A stretch of DNA of 64,000 bases from Octopus sinensis (GCF_006345805.1 NC_043021.1:5084001-5148000); one strand, 5' to 3'; positions 1 through 11,949 are shown, counted from the first letter of the stretch. The notes: generated by a model from the letters alone, not told the origin. Translations and numbers: made by a program.

Positions 1-180
1 ACATATATATATATATCATATATATATATATATCCATATATATATATATAATATATACACATATATATATATATACACACATATTATATATATACACATA
101 TTATATATTATATACACATATATATATATATATACACATATATATAATATACACATATATATATATATACACACAATAAT
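1..180. repeat. Compound (AT)n/(AC)n microsatellite
   Basis: Directly visible dinucleotide runs. Confidence 0.95.
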
Positions 181-732
181 ATGCTCATGCACGCAGGCCT
201 ACGCACGCACAAATGTGTAGGTGTATGAATGTGTGTGTATATAAGCTGTTAGTCAAGATTAAGACATCCATGTTGGTGTAAGTAAGCCTAATTTTGTAAT
301 AGTCATCATACAGGCAATGAGTCAGGAGTAAAGAGGGGGAGTTCGTATAATAAACAATGAGTAATAGCTGAGGCTTGAAAGAGAAATTCTTTTCGGATCA
401 GATTCCATTTTTTTTTAATTTCACACTTTACAAAAAATATTAACGGTTTTAAAAATATTTTTTAGGGGAAAAAATTAATTTTTCAAACTTTGAAAAAGAA
501 ATTAAATTATCAAAACAAATCTGTAAAAATTTTTTTTTTTTTTTTTTTGAAGAAAACCCCATTTGAATGTGATTTTATTTTATTTATTTTATTCTATTCT
601 ACACCCCCCCCTCATACACATCCATGTACAATTTCCGTCCCTGGGGTGTTTTTGTTGTTATTGTTGGTGCGTTGGTGTTAAGAAATGTATGGGAGTGATG
701 CAGGCTCCCCTCCCCCGTTTAGCTTTAGACCT

Positions 733-1134
733 CTTACTCTCTCTTTTACTCTTATACTTGTTTCAGTCATTTGACTGCGGCCATGCTGGAGCACCGCCTT
801 TAGTCGAGCAAATCAACCCCGGGACTTATTCTTTTGTAAGCCCAGTACTTATTCTATCGGTCTCTTTTGCCGAACCGCTAAGTGATGGTGACGTAACACA
901 CCAGCAATGCTAGGGGGACAAACACAGACCACACACACACACACACATATATATATATACACACATATATACGACAGGCTTCTTTCAGTTTCCGTCTACC
1001 AAATCCACTCACAAGGCTTTGGTCAGCCCGAGGCTATAGCAGAAGACACTTGCCCAAGATGCCACGCAGTGGGACTGAACCCGGAACCATGTGGTTGGTA
1101 AGCAAGCTACTTACCACACAGCCACCCCTGCGCC
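733..1134 (-). mobile_element. SINE-A (tRNA-derived head, CORE-like body, internal TA/TG microsatellite, GAAACAAGTAAAAGAG tail)
   Basis: Reverse strand reads GGCGCAG..TGGCTGTGTGGTAAG (A box), GGGTTCAGTCCC (B box), CTTGGGCAAGTG body and AGTAAAAG tail; more than 10 similar copies in the window. Confidence 0.9.
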
Positions 1135-1260
1135 TATGTGTATTCTGTTCTTTTTTTTTTTTAATAGATTCACAGCAGTGGGGTTAAGCAGCTTCTTTCC
1201 TAACCATATGGTCTCAGGTTCTGTCCCACTGTGTGGCATCTTGGTGAATTGTCTTCTACT

Positions 1261-1492
1261 ATATATTCCTTTACTACCCACAAGGGGCGAAACACAGAGG
1301 GGACAAACAAGGACAGATAAACGGATTAAGTCGATTACATCGACCCCAGTGCGTAACTGGTATTTAATTTATCAACTCCGAAAGGCTGAAAAGCAAAGTC
1401 AACCTCGGCGGAATTTGAACCCAGAACATAACGGCAGGCGAATACGGCTACGCATTTCGCCTGCGTGCTAACGTTTTCTGCCAGCTTGCCGC
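1261..1492 (-). mobile_element. SINE-B (tRNA-derived head; GCCTTTCATCCTTTCGGGGTCGATAAA central domain; GTAGTAAAGAAATA tail)
   Basis: Reverse strand has B-box-like GGTTCAAATTCC and the family body; copy runs into the gap. Confidence 0.9.
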
Positions 1493-1592
1493 NNNNNNNN
1501 NNNNNNNNNNNNNNNNNNNNNNNNNNNNNNNNNNNNNNNNNNNNNNNNNNNNNNNNNNNNNNNNNNNNNNNNNNNNNNNNNNNNNNNNNNNN
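1493..1592. other. Assembly gap (100 N)
   Basis: Run of exactly 100 N. Confidence 1.
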
Positions 1593-1826
1593 AAAGAAAT
1601 TGAAATTAAATCAAAACAAATCTGTAAATTTTTTTTTTTTTTGTGAAGAAACCCCATTTGAATGTGATTTTATTTTATTTATTTTATTCTATTCTACACC
1701 CCCCCTCATACACATCCATGTACAATTTCCGTCCCTGGGTTGTTTTTGTTGTTATTGTTGGTGCGTTGGTGTTAAGAAATGTATGGGAGTGATGCAGGCT
1801 CCCCTCCCCCGTTTAGCTTTAGACCT

Positions 1827-2022
1827 CTTACTCTCTCTTTTACTCTTATACTTGTTTCAGTCATTTGACTGCGGCCATGCTGGAGCACCGCCTTTAGTCG
1901 AGCAAATCAACCCCGGGACTTATTCTTTTGTAAGCCCAGTACTTATTCTATCGGTCTCTTTTGCCGAACCGCTAAGTTACGGTGACGTAAACACACCAGC
2001 AATGCTAGGGGGACAAACACAG

Positions 2023-2053
<31 letters not shown>

Positions 2054-2228
2054 CACACATATATACGACAGGCTTCTTTCAGTTTCCGTCTACCAAATCC
2101 ACTCACAAGGTTTTGGTCAGCCCGAGGCTATAGCAGAAGACACTTGCCCAAGATGCCACGCAGTGGGACTGAACCCGGAACCATGTGGTTGGTAAGCAAG
2201 CTACTTACCACACAGCCACCCCTGCGCC
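1827..2228 (-). mobile_element. SINE-A (duplicate of 733-1134)
   Basis: Same sequence, inside the gap-spanning duplication. Confidence 0.9.
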
Positions 2229-2357
2229 TATGTGTATTCTGTTCTTTTTTTTTTTTTAATAGATTCACAGCTGTGGGGTGTTAAGCAGCTTCTTTCCTAA
2301 CCATGTGGTCTCAGGCTCTGTCCCACTGTGTGCATCTTGGTGAATTGTCTTCTACTA

Positions 2358-2591
2358 TATATTCCTTTACTACCCACAAGGGGGCGAAACACAGAGGGGA
2401 CAAACAAGACAGATATAAACGGATTAAGTCGATTACATCGACCCCAGTGCGTAACTGGTACTTAATTTATCAACTCCGAAAGGCTGAAAAGCAAAGTCAA
2501 TCTCGGCGGAATTTGAACCCAGAACATAACGGCAGGCGAAATACGGCTACGCATTTCGCCTGGCGTGCTAACGTTTCTGCCAGCTTGCCGC
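2358..2591 (-). mobile_element. SINE-B inserted into an older SINE-A-like copy
   Basis: Flanked by the duplicated sequence TGTCTTCTACTA (about 2346-2357 and 2599-2610); the host SINE resumes afterwards. Confidence 0.9.
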
Positions 2592-3191
2592 TTTATTTTG
2601 TCTTCTACTATAGCTCCAGGTCAACCAAAGCCTTGTGAATGGATTTGGTTGTCGGAAACTGGAAGAAGCCTGTTATGTGTACATGTGTATCATCATCCTT
2701 TGATGTCCATTTTCCATGCTGGCATGGGTTGAACAGTTTGAGCTGAGCTGGCAAGCCAGAGAGCTGCATTAGGTTCCAGTTTGATTTGGCTTGGCTTCTA
2801 TAGCTGGTTGCCCTTTGTAATGCCAACCACTCTACAGAGTGTGCTGGGTGCCTTTTAAGCAACACTCGCACATTTATGTATATCACCATCACCTTGACCG
2901 ACCAGTCCGTCAGGCGTCCATTTGACACCGCTGGTCACAGCACGCTGTCCACTCCTCTCTGGATCACGCCTTTCTCATCCACGTGATCCCAATCTTCCTC
3001 CTGAAATCATAACTCCACCATCGTGGAGGTCTTCCGGGTGGTCTTTTCTGCTCGCGCAGGTACCACCCGACAACTGCGTGCGTCCACCGATTATGTATAT
3101 GTGTGTATTTAGGTTTGCCTTTATCACCCTCATACAAGTGATGTTTTTTTGTTTCCAATCTTCCGTGGAAAACATGCCTGGCTACAGGGAA

Positions 3192-3422
3192 GGCGGCGTG
3201 CTGGCAGAAACGTTCACACGCCGGGCGAAATGCGTAGCCGTATTTCGTCTGCCGTTACGTTCTGAGTTCAAATTCCGCCAAGGTCGACTTTACCTTTCAT
3301 CCTCTCGGGGTCAATAAATTAAGTACCAGTTACGCACTGGGGACGATGCAATCGACTTAATTCCTTTGTCCGTCCTTGTTTGTCCTCTCTATGTTTAGCC
3401 CCTTGTGGGTAGTAAAGAAATA
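3192..3422 (+). mobile_element. SINE-B
   Basis: Full length, GGCGGCGTGCTGGCAGAA to GTAAAGAAATA. Confidence 0.9.
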
Positions 3423-4418
3423 TATTGGGAAGTAATACCTAGCCTGAAAATAGGTGAAGGTTGGTGACAGCAAGGACATCAAGCCATAGAAAATCTACCT
3501 CAACAGATTCTGTCTGGCTCAGTGTGTGTGTTTATTTGTATACCCTTGCCTTGAAATCATGTGATAAATATAAATGAGTATAACTTTCATACAAGCAATG
3601 TTGTTCATTTCCAGTCTTCCATGAAAGCATGTTTGGTTATAGGGAAATAATGCCTGGCCAGGAAACAGGTGAGGGTTGGTGGTAGTAAGGGCATTTGGCC
3701 ATAGAAAACTCTGCTTCATCAAATTCCATCTGACCCATGCAGACATGGACAGGTGGACGTTAACTAGTGATGGTAGTGGTGATATGTGTTCCTGTGTGTC
3801 AGAAGTAACTAAAAGGGTTGGCAGCTGGAAGAGCATTTTGGCCGTGTGTGTGTATGTATGTGTTTGTCTAAGAATGTGTGAAGGTGCCGAATGGCTTGAT
3901 CTTGAGTTCAGTTCTCAGACTAGGCAACAATGCATCATGTCCTTGAGCAAGGGCACCTCCTTTCGTTCCAGTCTGCTCAGCTGCAAATGAGTACCAACCA
4001 ATAGCTGGTGCAATTCTCACATCTGTGATGCTCTACCAGATCAATGGTAGAATGTCCAAGAGAGTGTCTATGCCTGCTTGGTACTAAAAAAGGCACCTAA
4101 AACAATTATTGAAAGCCTGGTACATGCCACCAGGTCATATTCACTTCTGATTGACAACTAAGCTTTTTCCTTAACAAAACACTCATTGCATCTGTGTTTG
4201 TTCCTGACCATTGCTTGACAACCAGTGTTGGTGTGTTTACATCCCCGTAGCTTAGCACTTCAGCAGTGCCCCCAGTATGGCTGCAGTTTAATGACCGAAA
4301 CAAGTGAAAGATAAAAATTATAAAGTATGATTTAACCTTTAGCATTCAAATTGACCGTAAATGTTTTTAAGTTCAAGTTGGCCAAAATATGGCCTCTCAC
4401 ATCTACTCTACAATGCTA

Positions 4419-4774
4419 GTGGAGGCGCAATGGCCCAGTGGTTACGGCAGCGGACTCGCGGTCATAGGATCGCGGTTTCGATTCCCAGACCGGGCATTGT
4501 GAGTGTTTATTGAGCGAAAACACGTAAAGCTCCACGAGGCTCCGGCAGGGTATGGTGGTGATCCCTGCTGTACTCTTTCACCACAACTTTCTCTCACTCT
4601 TACTTCCTGTTTCTGTTGTACCTGTATTTCAAAGGGCCGGCCTTGTCACTTGTTAAGGGTACATGTGTCTGTGGAGTGCTCAGCCACTTACACGTTAATT
4701 TCACGAGCAGGCTGTTTCGTTGATTCGGATCAACCGGAACCCTCGTCGTCGTAACCGACGGAGTGCTTCCATCC
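4419..4774 (+). mobile_element. SINE-D (tRNA-derived head, ~355 bp) inserted in a MITE-A
   Basis: A box TGGCCCAGTGG, B box GGTTTCGATTCC; 9-bp TSD ACAATGCTA at 4410-4418 and 4775-4783. Confidence 0.9.
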
Positions 4775-5093
4775 ACAATGCTATTCTAAAAATAAACCAT
4801 CATATCACACTCTCAAAGCTACAAGATAATGCAGATTAAATCAAACCAATATGCATTACATTTGACAGAGTAATTTCAATGCTAAAGAGTTGAGGGGAGT
4901 TTGGTTGCTACTTCCAACATATCAACTGTTCCTGAGGAAATCTTTTCATTGGCTTGTGATGGTCTCCTGTACTGGTTTTCCACCTTTTTTCTTTTCTGTT
5001 GTTTTCTCTAAATAAACATTACTGAGTGAAAGAATGGTTAATAAACCTTTTCTTGGCAACATCTCTCCTGCTGAGTAATTTTACTGAATTTAA

Positions 5094-5314
5094 ACCTTAA
5101 GCATTTAAACCGGCCATATCCAGCCAAAAGTATTCTGCCTGTTTTATGTTCAAACTGGCCAGATCTGGTCTCTCACACCAACCCTACAATATCGTTTTAA
5201 AAATTAACAGCTACCTCATTAAAATCTAATAGCTACAAGATAATGCATGATTAGTTCAAAACAATGTAGATGAAGAAGCATTAATTTTGGCAGAATAATG
5301 TGATCACTAAAGGG
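5094..5314. mobile_element. MITE-A, piggyBac-type (TTAA TSD, CCCTTTAG...CTAAAGGG ends)
   Basis: TTAA at 5090-5093 and 5315-5318; left TIR degenerate; 221 bp. Confidence 0.8.
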
Positions 5315-5955
5315 TTAAGGATGGTCGCACCCTTTTCATTTTTGGTTGGTTGATTTTTTTTTTTTTCTTGTTGCCTCTAGCACCCCACTTTTCTTTTCTG
5401 GTTATTCCATCTGTGATAAGTGTATGGTTCCCAGCAGTTTAAGAACATCACAGTAAGAAGATTTAACCATCCTGTTAACAATTTATATGGCTGGGGCTAA
5501 GCTGAACTGCTGTAGGAAGTGTTGTCTGCTGTTCTTTATATCCCAAACAACCTCCTGATCAAGTAGGTTGATGATCAGACATTCCATTCATGACTGTCTC
5601 TAAGAACATCACAGTCAGTAAGAAGATTTAACTATCATGTTAGCAATTTTTATGGTTGAGCTGAACTGCTGTACAATAGGAAGTGACACTCCTAAGCAGG
5701 CTGATGATCAGCTGTTCTATTTGTGACTACTACATCTTATTTTTGACTATAATGACTATAATTGCATCAGTTCCTCAGAGCTGGTGAGTCTTGTACAGTC
5801 ATCACTCCGGTACCCACCACCAATCCACTTTTCTCTCCCCCACCTTTTTCTTGATTCTCTCTCCATTGTTGCATCCAACGTCACCAGAGTCTGTGCATCA
5901 ACTCCTATGTCCCGTTCTTTCTCCCTTGCATGTGTTGACCTGCGACTGTTTAAAA

Positions 5956-6168
5956 CAGGGGTGGGCAAACTACGGCCCGCGGGCCGCATGCGGCCCGCCA
6001 TAGGTTTTCATGCGGCCCGCCGAGAGCTTTTATGAATCCCAACTTCTATGCAGATACTTCGTAACTGTACGGTAATTCACAATTTTCACTTGCTTTTTAT
6101 AAATAGGCCCTCCAAGATTCCAAAGACGCACTGTGCGGCCCGCGATCAAAAAAGTTTGCCCACCCCTG
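5956..6168. mobile_element. hAT (Charlie-like) MITE
   Basis: Perfect 16-bp TIR CAGGGGTGGGCAAACT; 8-bp TSD GTTTAAAA / GTTAAAAA (1 mismatch); internal GCGGCCCGC repeats. Confidence 0.9.
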
Positions 6169-6231
6169 GTTAAAAAGAATGTGAATAGCAACAAAACTGC
6201 CAGTTTTGGAGGGCTCGTAAAGGTTTTTGGG

Positions 6232-6588
6232 GTGGAAGCACTCCGTCGGTTACGACGACGAGTTCCGGTTGATCCGAATCAACGGAACAGCCAGCTCGTG
6301 AATTACGTGTAAGTGGCTGAGCACTCCACAGACACGTGTACCCTTAACGTACTTCTCGGGGATATCAGCGTGACACAGAGAGTGACAAGGCCGGCCCTTT
6401 AAATACAGGTACAACAAAACAGGAAGTAAGAGTGAGAGAAAGTTGTGGTGAAAGAGTACAGCAGGGATCACCACCATCCCCTGCCGGAGCCTCGGGGAGC
6501 TTTAGGTGTTTTCGCTCAATAAACACTCACAACGCCCGGTCTGGGAATCGAAACCGCAAGTCCGCTGCCCTAACCACTGGGCCATTGG
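6232..6588 (-). mobile_element. SINE-D, second copy
   Basis: Reverse complement of 4419-4774 along its length. Confidence 0.9.
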
Positions 6589-7320
6589 GTACTATTCTTT
6601 TCTCCTGACTCATCAAGAAAGAAAAAAATAATTCATTAAGGACTGTTCCTACCTAACCCTTTACATAACAGTTTGCCATAGACTTCCTCAGATTTCATGT
6701 TATAAACTTCTTGTCTTAAAGTAATCTAAATTGACCATTGGTCAGGATTTCTTGTTTGACCACATTCAAATGGAGACTATTTGATTTTGGCACAGCTTCT
6801 ATCACCAACAGTCTTCAACCTTTAACTTGTATCCTCAGCAGTTTTTCTCTCTGTGTCTACTATATATAATAGTTTCTGCTGTTCTGAAGTACCTACCTTT
6901 CGCTCCAGGCTAACTCTATTCCTCCTATTTTGCCTCAGCCTCCAAAGACAGTCCCAACACCACAGGTCTGAAAAGGTCAAGGTCACTGGATATTTTATGG
7001 GGTGGGGAGAGCAGTCTACAACAGGACAAATTTGTTGTCCCATCCATCAGCTCAGAGCTGGATTTATACAAACATGCACACACACGACTGTGTAGTTAAG
7101 AAGTTTGCTTCCCAACATATTGGTCCTGAGTTCAGTCCCACTGCGTGGCAGCTTGGGTAAGGTTTTCTGCTATAGCCCTAGGCCAACCAAAGCCTTGTGG
7201 GTTGAATTTGGTTGACAAAGCCAGTCATGTGTGTTTGTCCCCCACCATCGCTTGACAGCTGGTGTTGGTTTGTTTATGTCCGTGTAACTTAATTTAACAA
7301 AAGAAACTGAAAGATAGGAT

Positions 7321-7485
7321 TGGCTGTGTGGTAAGTAGCTTGTTTACCAACCACATGGTTCTGGGTTCAGTCCCACTGCATGGCACCTTGAGCAAGTGTC
7401 TTCTACTATAGCCTCGGGCCGACCAAAGCCTTGTGAGTGGATTTGGTAGACAGAAACTGAAAGAAGCCTGTAGTATATATGTGTG

Positions 7486-7545
<60 letters not shown>

Positions 7546-7761
7546 GCGTGTTTGTGTGTCTGTTTGTGTCCCTAGCATTGCTTGACATCCGATGCTGGTG
7601 TGTTTATGTCCCCGTTACCTAGCGGTTCAGCAAAAGAGACCGATAGAATAAGTACTGGGCTTACAAAAGAAAAAGTCCCGGGGTCGAGTTGCTCGACTAA
7701 AAAAGGCGGTGCTCCAGCATGGCTGCAGTCAAATGACTGAAACAAGTAAAAGAGTAAAGAG
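7321..7761 (+). mobile_element. SINE-A
   Basis: A and B boxes, body, long internal (TA)n, AGTAAAAGAG tail. Confidence 0.9.
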
Positions 7762-7963
7762 TATAAACAACCAGCTTTTTAGAAAAGAACTGGGGCTCGT
7801 TTGTCTGACTAAACCCTGTAAGGCAGTAAGTAACCTCCAACTGGGCAGAGTCCAGTGATTGAGACCAGTAAAACACACACAGACACCCTTTTTTGAATCT
7901 ATGCAAATATTGATTTCTTATATTGGCACAGCAGAGTCAGTCGATTTCCAGGAAATGGAGTCG

Positions 7964-8313
7964 TCATCATCATCATCATCGTTTAACGTCCGTTCTCCAT
8001 GCTAGCATGGGTTGAACGGTTCGAACGGGGATCTGGGAAGCCAGAATGCTGCACCAGGCTCCGGTCTTATCTGGCAATATTTCTACAGCTGGATGCCCTT
8101 CCTAACGCCAACCACTCCGTGAGTGTAGTGGGTGCTTTTTACGTGCCACCTGCACAGGTGCCAGACAAGGCTGGCAACCGGCCATGATCGGATGGTGCTT
8201 TTTACGTGCCACCTGCACAGGTGCCAGGCGAGGCTGGCAACGGCTACGGTCGGATTGGTGCATTTCATGTGTCACCGGCACGGAAGCCAGTCGAGGCGGC
8301 ACTGGCTTCGGCC
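7964..8313 (-). mobile_element. SINE-C: SINE-like or non-autonomous RTE-type element with (GAT)n tail and three ~63-bp 5' tandem units
   Basis: Reverse strand: units ending GGTGGCACGTAAAAAGCACC, body GGTTGGCGTTAGGAAGGGCATCCAGC, tail CCCATGCTAGCATGG..GGACGTTAAACGATGATG. No tRNA head visible. Confidence 0.85.
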
Positions 8314-8571
8314 AAAACGCATTAAATCAAACCCGCGTATATAACTGGTATTTCTATATTTCAACTTCTACTCTCTCACTACCCCCACAATCTCCACAGT
8401 GATGAAAGGCAATGCTGACCTTTCCTTCTTTGGCAATAGGATTTTTCAGCTCCCAACATAAGGGAGATTAATTAAATACCAATATTTTCTAATTGCCCCA
8501 ACTGATTATTGTTGTTGTTGTCGAGCTTTAAAGCATTCCAGCCATGAGCATCCACGTCTATTTTCAGGACA

Positions 8572-8960
8572 TTACTCTTTTACTTGTTTCAGTCATTTGA
8601 CTGTGGCCATGCTGAAGCACCGCCTTTAGTCGAGCAAATCGACCCCGGGACTTATTCTTTATAAGCCCAGTACTTATTCTATCGGTCTCCTTTTGCCGAA
8701 CCGCTAGGTTACGGGGACGTAAACACACCAGCATCGGTTGTCAAGCAATGCTAGGGGGACAAACACACACACATATATATATATATGTACATATATACGA
8801 CAGGCTTCTTTCAGTTTCCGTCTACCAAATCCACTCACAAGGCATTGGTCGGTCCGGGGCTATAGCAGAAGACACTTGCCCAAGATGCCACGCAGTGGGA
8901 CTGAACCCGGAAGCATGTGGTTGGTAAGCAAGCTACTTACCACACAGCCACTCCTGCGCC
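8572..8960 (-). mobile_element. SINE-A
   Basis: Full-length match to the other copies. Confidence 0.9.
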
Positions 8961-9329
8961 TATTCAATGTTTCTGTTTTTTTTTTCTAAAGATGGTAAGT
9001 TTCGGATAATGATTTGGTTGTTATTTCTAGCAAATAAAATAACCATACAAAGTCCACCATGCTTTTTAGTCCCTATTATTATTATTATTATTATTATTAC
9101 TACATCTTGCGTTTTCAGAATTAAATAGTTTAAGCCTTAATGAAAATAAACAAGATGACATAAACGAAGGCGAATTTTCTCTGACGAAAAATCCCTTCTC
9201 ACCTCCCTACCCGGTTTCTCATACAATATCGAGCTGTTCTCAGATACGTTTGTGTCACGAGATCCTAAGCTGGATACTCGGTTTATTACGTAGTCTTCGT
9301 ACCAGTTCCTCAGTGCAGAGGTGTGTGAT

Positions 9330-9760
9330 ATCTCTTCTGCCTCGCTCACTCTCTCTCTCTCTTCTGTTATATCTTCCCCCGTTTTCTCTCTCTCTTCTCC
9401 TTTCTATATTTTTACTTCCTCTCTTTGTCATCACCCCTCCTTCCACTTTAGTACCCCCGTTTTCTCTCTTGTATTTCTTGTCTCCCGTCTCTTCTCTCCT
9501 ACCCTCCTCTTGCCTCTCTTCCCTTCTGTCTCTTCTCTCCTACCCTCCTCTTGTCTCTCTTTTCGCTTCTGTCTCTTCTCTCCTACCCTCCTCTTGTCTC
9601 TCTTCGCTTCTGTCTCTTCTCTCCTCTTGCCTCTCTTCCACTCTATCCTCCCCTCTCTATTTCAGTCTTGTCTCCCTTTTCCTACTGACTCCAAGTCTTG
9701 TGTCTTCTCTTTCCTTCTTTGTATTTTCTCCTCCCCCTCCTCCTCTCTCACTCGACACAG
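9330..9760. repeat. Polypyrimidine tract containing about four ~40-bp units
   Basis: TCTCTTCTCTCCTACCCTCCTCTTG repeated between about 9480 and 9640. Confidence 0.9.
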
Positions 9761-10300
9761 GCAGAGGTGGCGATGGTGATGGTGGTAGAATGCTCAATGC
9801 AAAACACTATCAGTTTATATTAAACCATCATCCTTTTTAAACAATTCTCAGTTCAAATCCCTCAGCGAGGGAGGGAGGAACGGCGGGGGGTGGGATTGCA
9901 GGGAGAGAGATCGTCTTTCTACGGAATTGTGTAATAAAAGAAAAATGTCCTGTCGAGAGAAATAAAAAAAAAAAAACCCAACATATATCAGTTATATATT
10001 AAGGGTTAATTAGAATAGAACCGAATCGATTCTACCCGTTTCACCACCAGCATCGCACACCAACCACCCACAAAAAAATAAAATATTAAAATGAAATCTG
10101 TGGCCTTTTGTACTTTCTCTACAGAAATCGATAACAGCCACGAAAGTCCCTCTCCTTACGCAATTTCTGTTGTTGCTGTGGCTGTAATCACACAAGTCTT
10201 ATACTTATTTGTGTATAAATAAAATAAAATAGATAAATAAATGGCATTGGGTGTTCTAGCCGTGACCATCTTGTCGTATATATATAAGCACACTTCCTTG

Positions 10301-10688
10301 AATATATATTTTAAAACGGTGTAGCGTGGTGTGGTTTTGGATGCCTTTCATCCTTTCGGGGTCGATAAATTAAGTACCAGTTACGCACTGGGGGGTCGAT
10401 GTAGTCGACTTAATCCCTTTGTCTGTCCTTGTTTGTCCCCTCTGTGTTTAGCCCCTTGTGGGTAGTAAAGAAATATATATTTAAACGGTGTAGCGTGGTG
10501 TGGTTTTGGATGCCTTTCATCCTTTCGGGGTCGATAAATTAAGTACCAAGTTACGCACTGGGGTCGATGTAGTCGACTTAATCCCTTTGTCTGTCCTTGT
10601 TTGTCCCCTCTGTGTTTAGCCCCTTGTGGGTAGTAAAGAAATATATATTTAAACGGTGTAGCGTAGCGTGGTGTGGTTTGGTTTTGGG
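10301..10688 (+). repeat. Tandem duplication of a 5'-truncated SINE-B plus its flank (unit ~168 bp; X-S-X-S-X)
   Basis: Flank ATATATATTTAAACGGTGTAGCGTGGTGTGGTTT occurs three times, separated by two near-identical SINE-B 3' halves. Confidence 0.9.
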
Positions 10689-10819
10689 AGGATTTGACTG
10701 CTATTTCTGTTTTGCGGTCGTCGTAACGACAGTATTTACTGCTGCTGTATTTGTTGTTGTTCTTGTGGTTGATGTAGGATGCAACGACAACGGCTGTTTT
10801 GATAACATTTACTACTACT

Positions 10820-10883
10820 ACGTGTGTCTATGTATGTGTATTTGTGCGTGCATGTATGTATAGTTAAACATTTGTGTGTGTGC

Positions 10884-10928
<45 letters not shown>

Positions 10929-11082
10929 GTTAGGAGTATTGGGGGTGATGTACAGATTTAATATATATTTATATATAAAGGATACAGCTCAGTATATAAG
11001 GATGTGTTATATGTATATCATATATACACACGTGTGTCTATGTATGTGTATTTGTGCGTGCGTGTATGTGTAGTTAAAGATT

Positions 11083-11113
<31 letters not shown>

Positions 11114-11580
11114 GTGTGTGTTTATAAAGGATATAGCTCAGTATATAAGGATGTGTGTTTATATGTATATCATATATATACACACGTGCGTCTATGTATG
11201 TGTATTTGTGAGTGCGTGTATGTATAAAGATTTGTGTGTGTGTATATATATATATATATATGTTTATAAAGCATATACATCAGTATATAAGGATGTGTGT
11301 GTATATATATATATATATGTTTATAAAGCATATACATCAGTATATAAGGATGTGTGTTATATATATATATATCATATATACACACGTGTCTATATGTGTA
11401 TTTGTGCGTGCATGTATGTATAGTTAAAAATTTGTGTGTATATATATATATATATATATATTTATAAAGGATATACCTCAGTATACATATATATATATAT
11501 TTATAAAGGATATACCTCAGTATACAAGGATGTGTGTTATATGTATATCATATATATATATATATATATGCGCACGTGTA
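10820..11580. repeat. Higher-order tandem repeat built from TA/TG microsatellite modules
   Basis: Modules CAGTATATAAGGATGTG, ATCATATATACACACG and TAGTTAAAGATTTGTG recur in order, with internal sub-duplications. Confidence 0.9.
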
Positions 11581-11949
11581 TGAAGATATGTCTTTGTGTA
11601 ACGATGTGTGTGCGTTTGTATGCATATTTCTGTATATATAAACTGTTGCTGTGCTACTGTAATTACTGGTACCTCGGGCGCTGCTGCTGCTGCTGCTACC
11701 ACACTGTAGCAACAAGAGTAACAGTGGTAGTAGTGGGTGGTAGCGACGACAGAATTTAGTATCTCTACTAGTAGTAGTAGTAGTAGTAGCAGCAGCAGTT
11801 TAAAAGCTCGCTGTACAGGCTATGTATGTATGTATAGCGGAGAGAGTACCACCCCCTCCATCTTTCACAAAGAATGTGGCATAATTAGTATCTGTGTAGG
11901 TGAAGTTGAATTTTCTTTTTTTTTGGTGTGTGTTCCCCCCGCTTCTTTC

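Larger units (their letters stand above)
495..2591. repeat. Near-identical ~1-kb direct duplication (495-1492 and 1593-2591) across an assembly gap
   Basis: Same unique sequence, SINE-A, SINE-B and junctions occur on both sides of the N run, with only scattered substitutions and indels. Confidence 0.9.

Noticed and set aside
4419-4495. Genuine tRNA genes (also at 29494 and other SINE heads)
   Set aside because: Acceptor and anticodon stems do not pair properly, and each head continues into a SINE body.
8131-8313. HDV-like ribozyme in the SINE-C unit (GCC-AG-CCTCGC-CT-GGC resembles HDV P3/L3)
   Set aside because: No P2 helix can be formed and J4/2 is not convincing; the loop is also not conserved between units.
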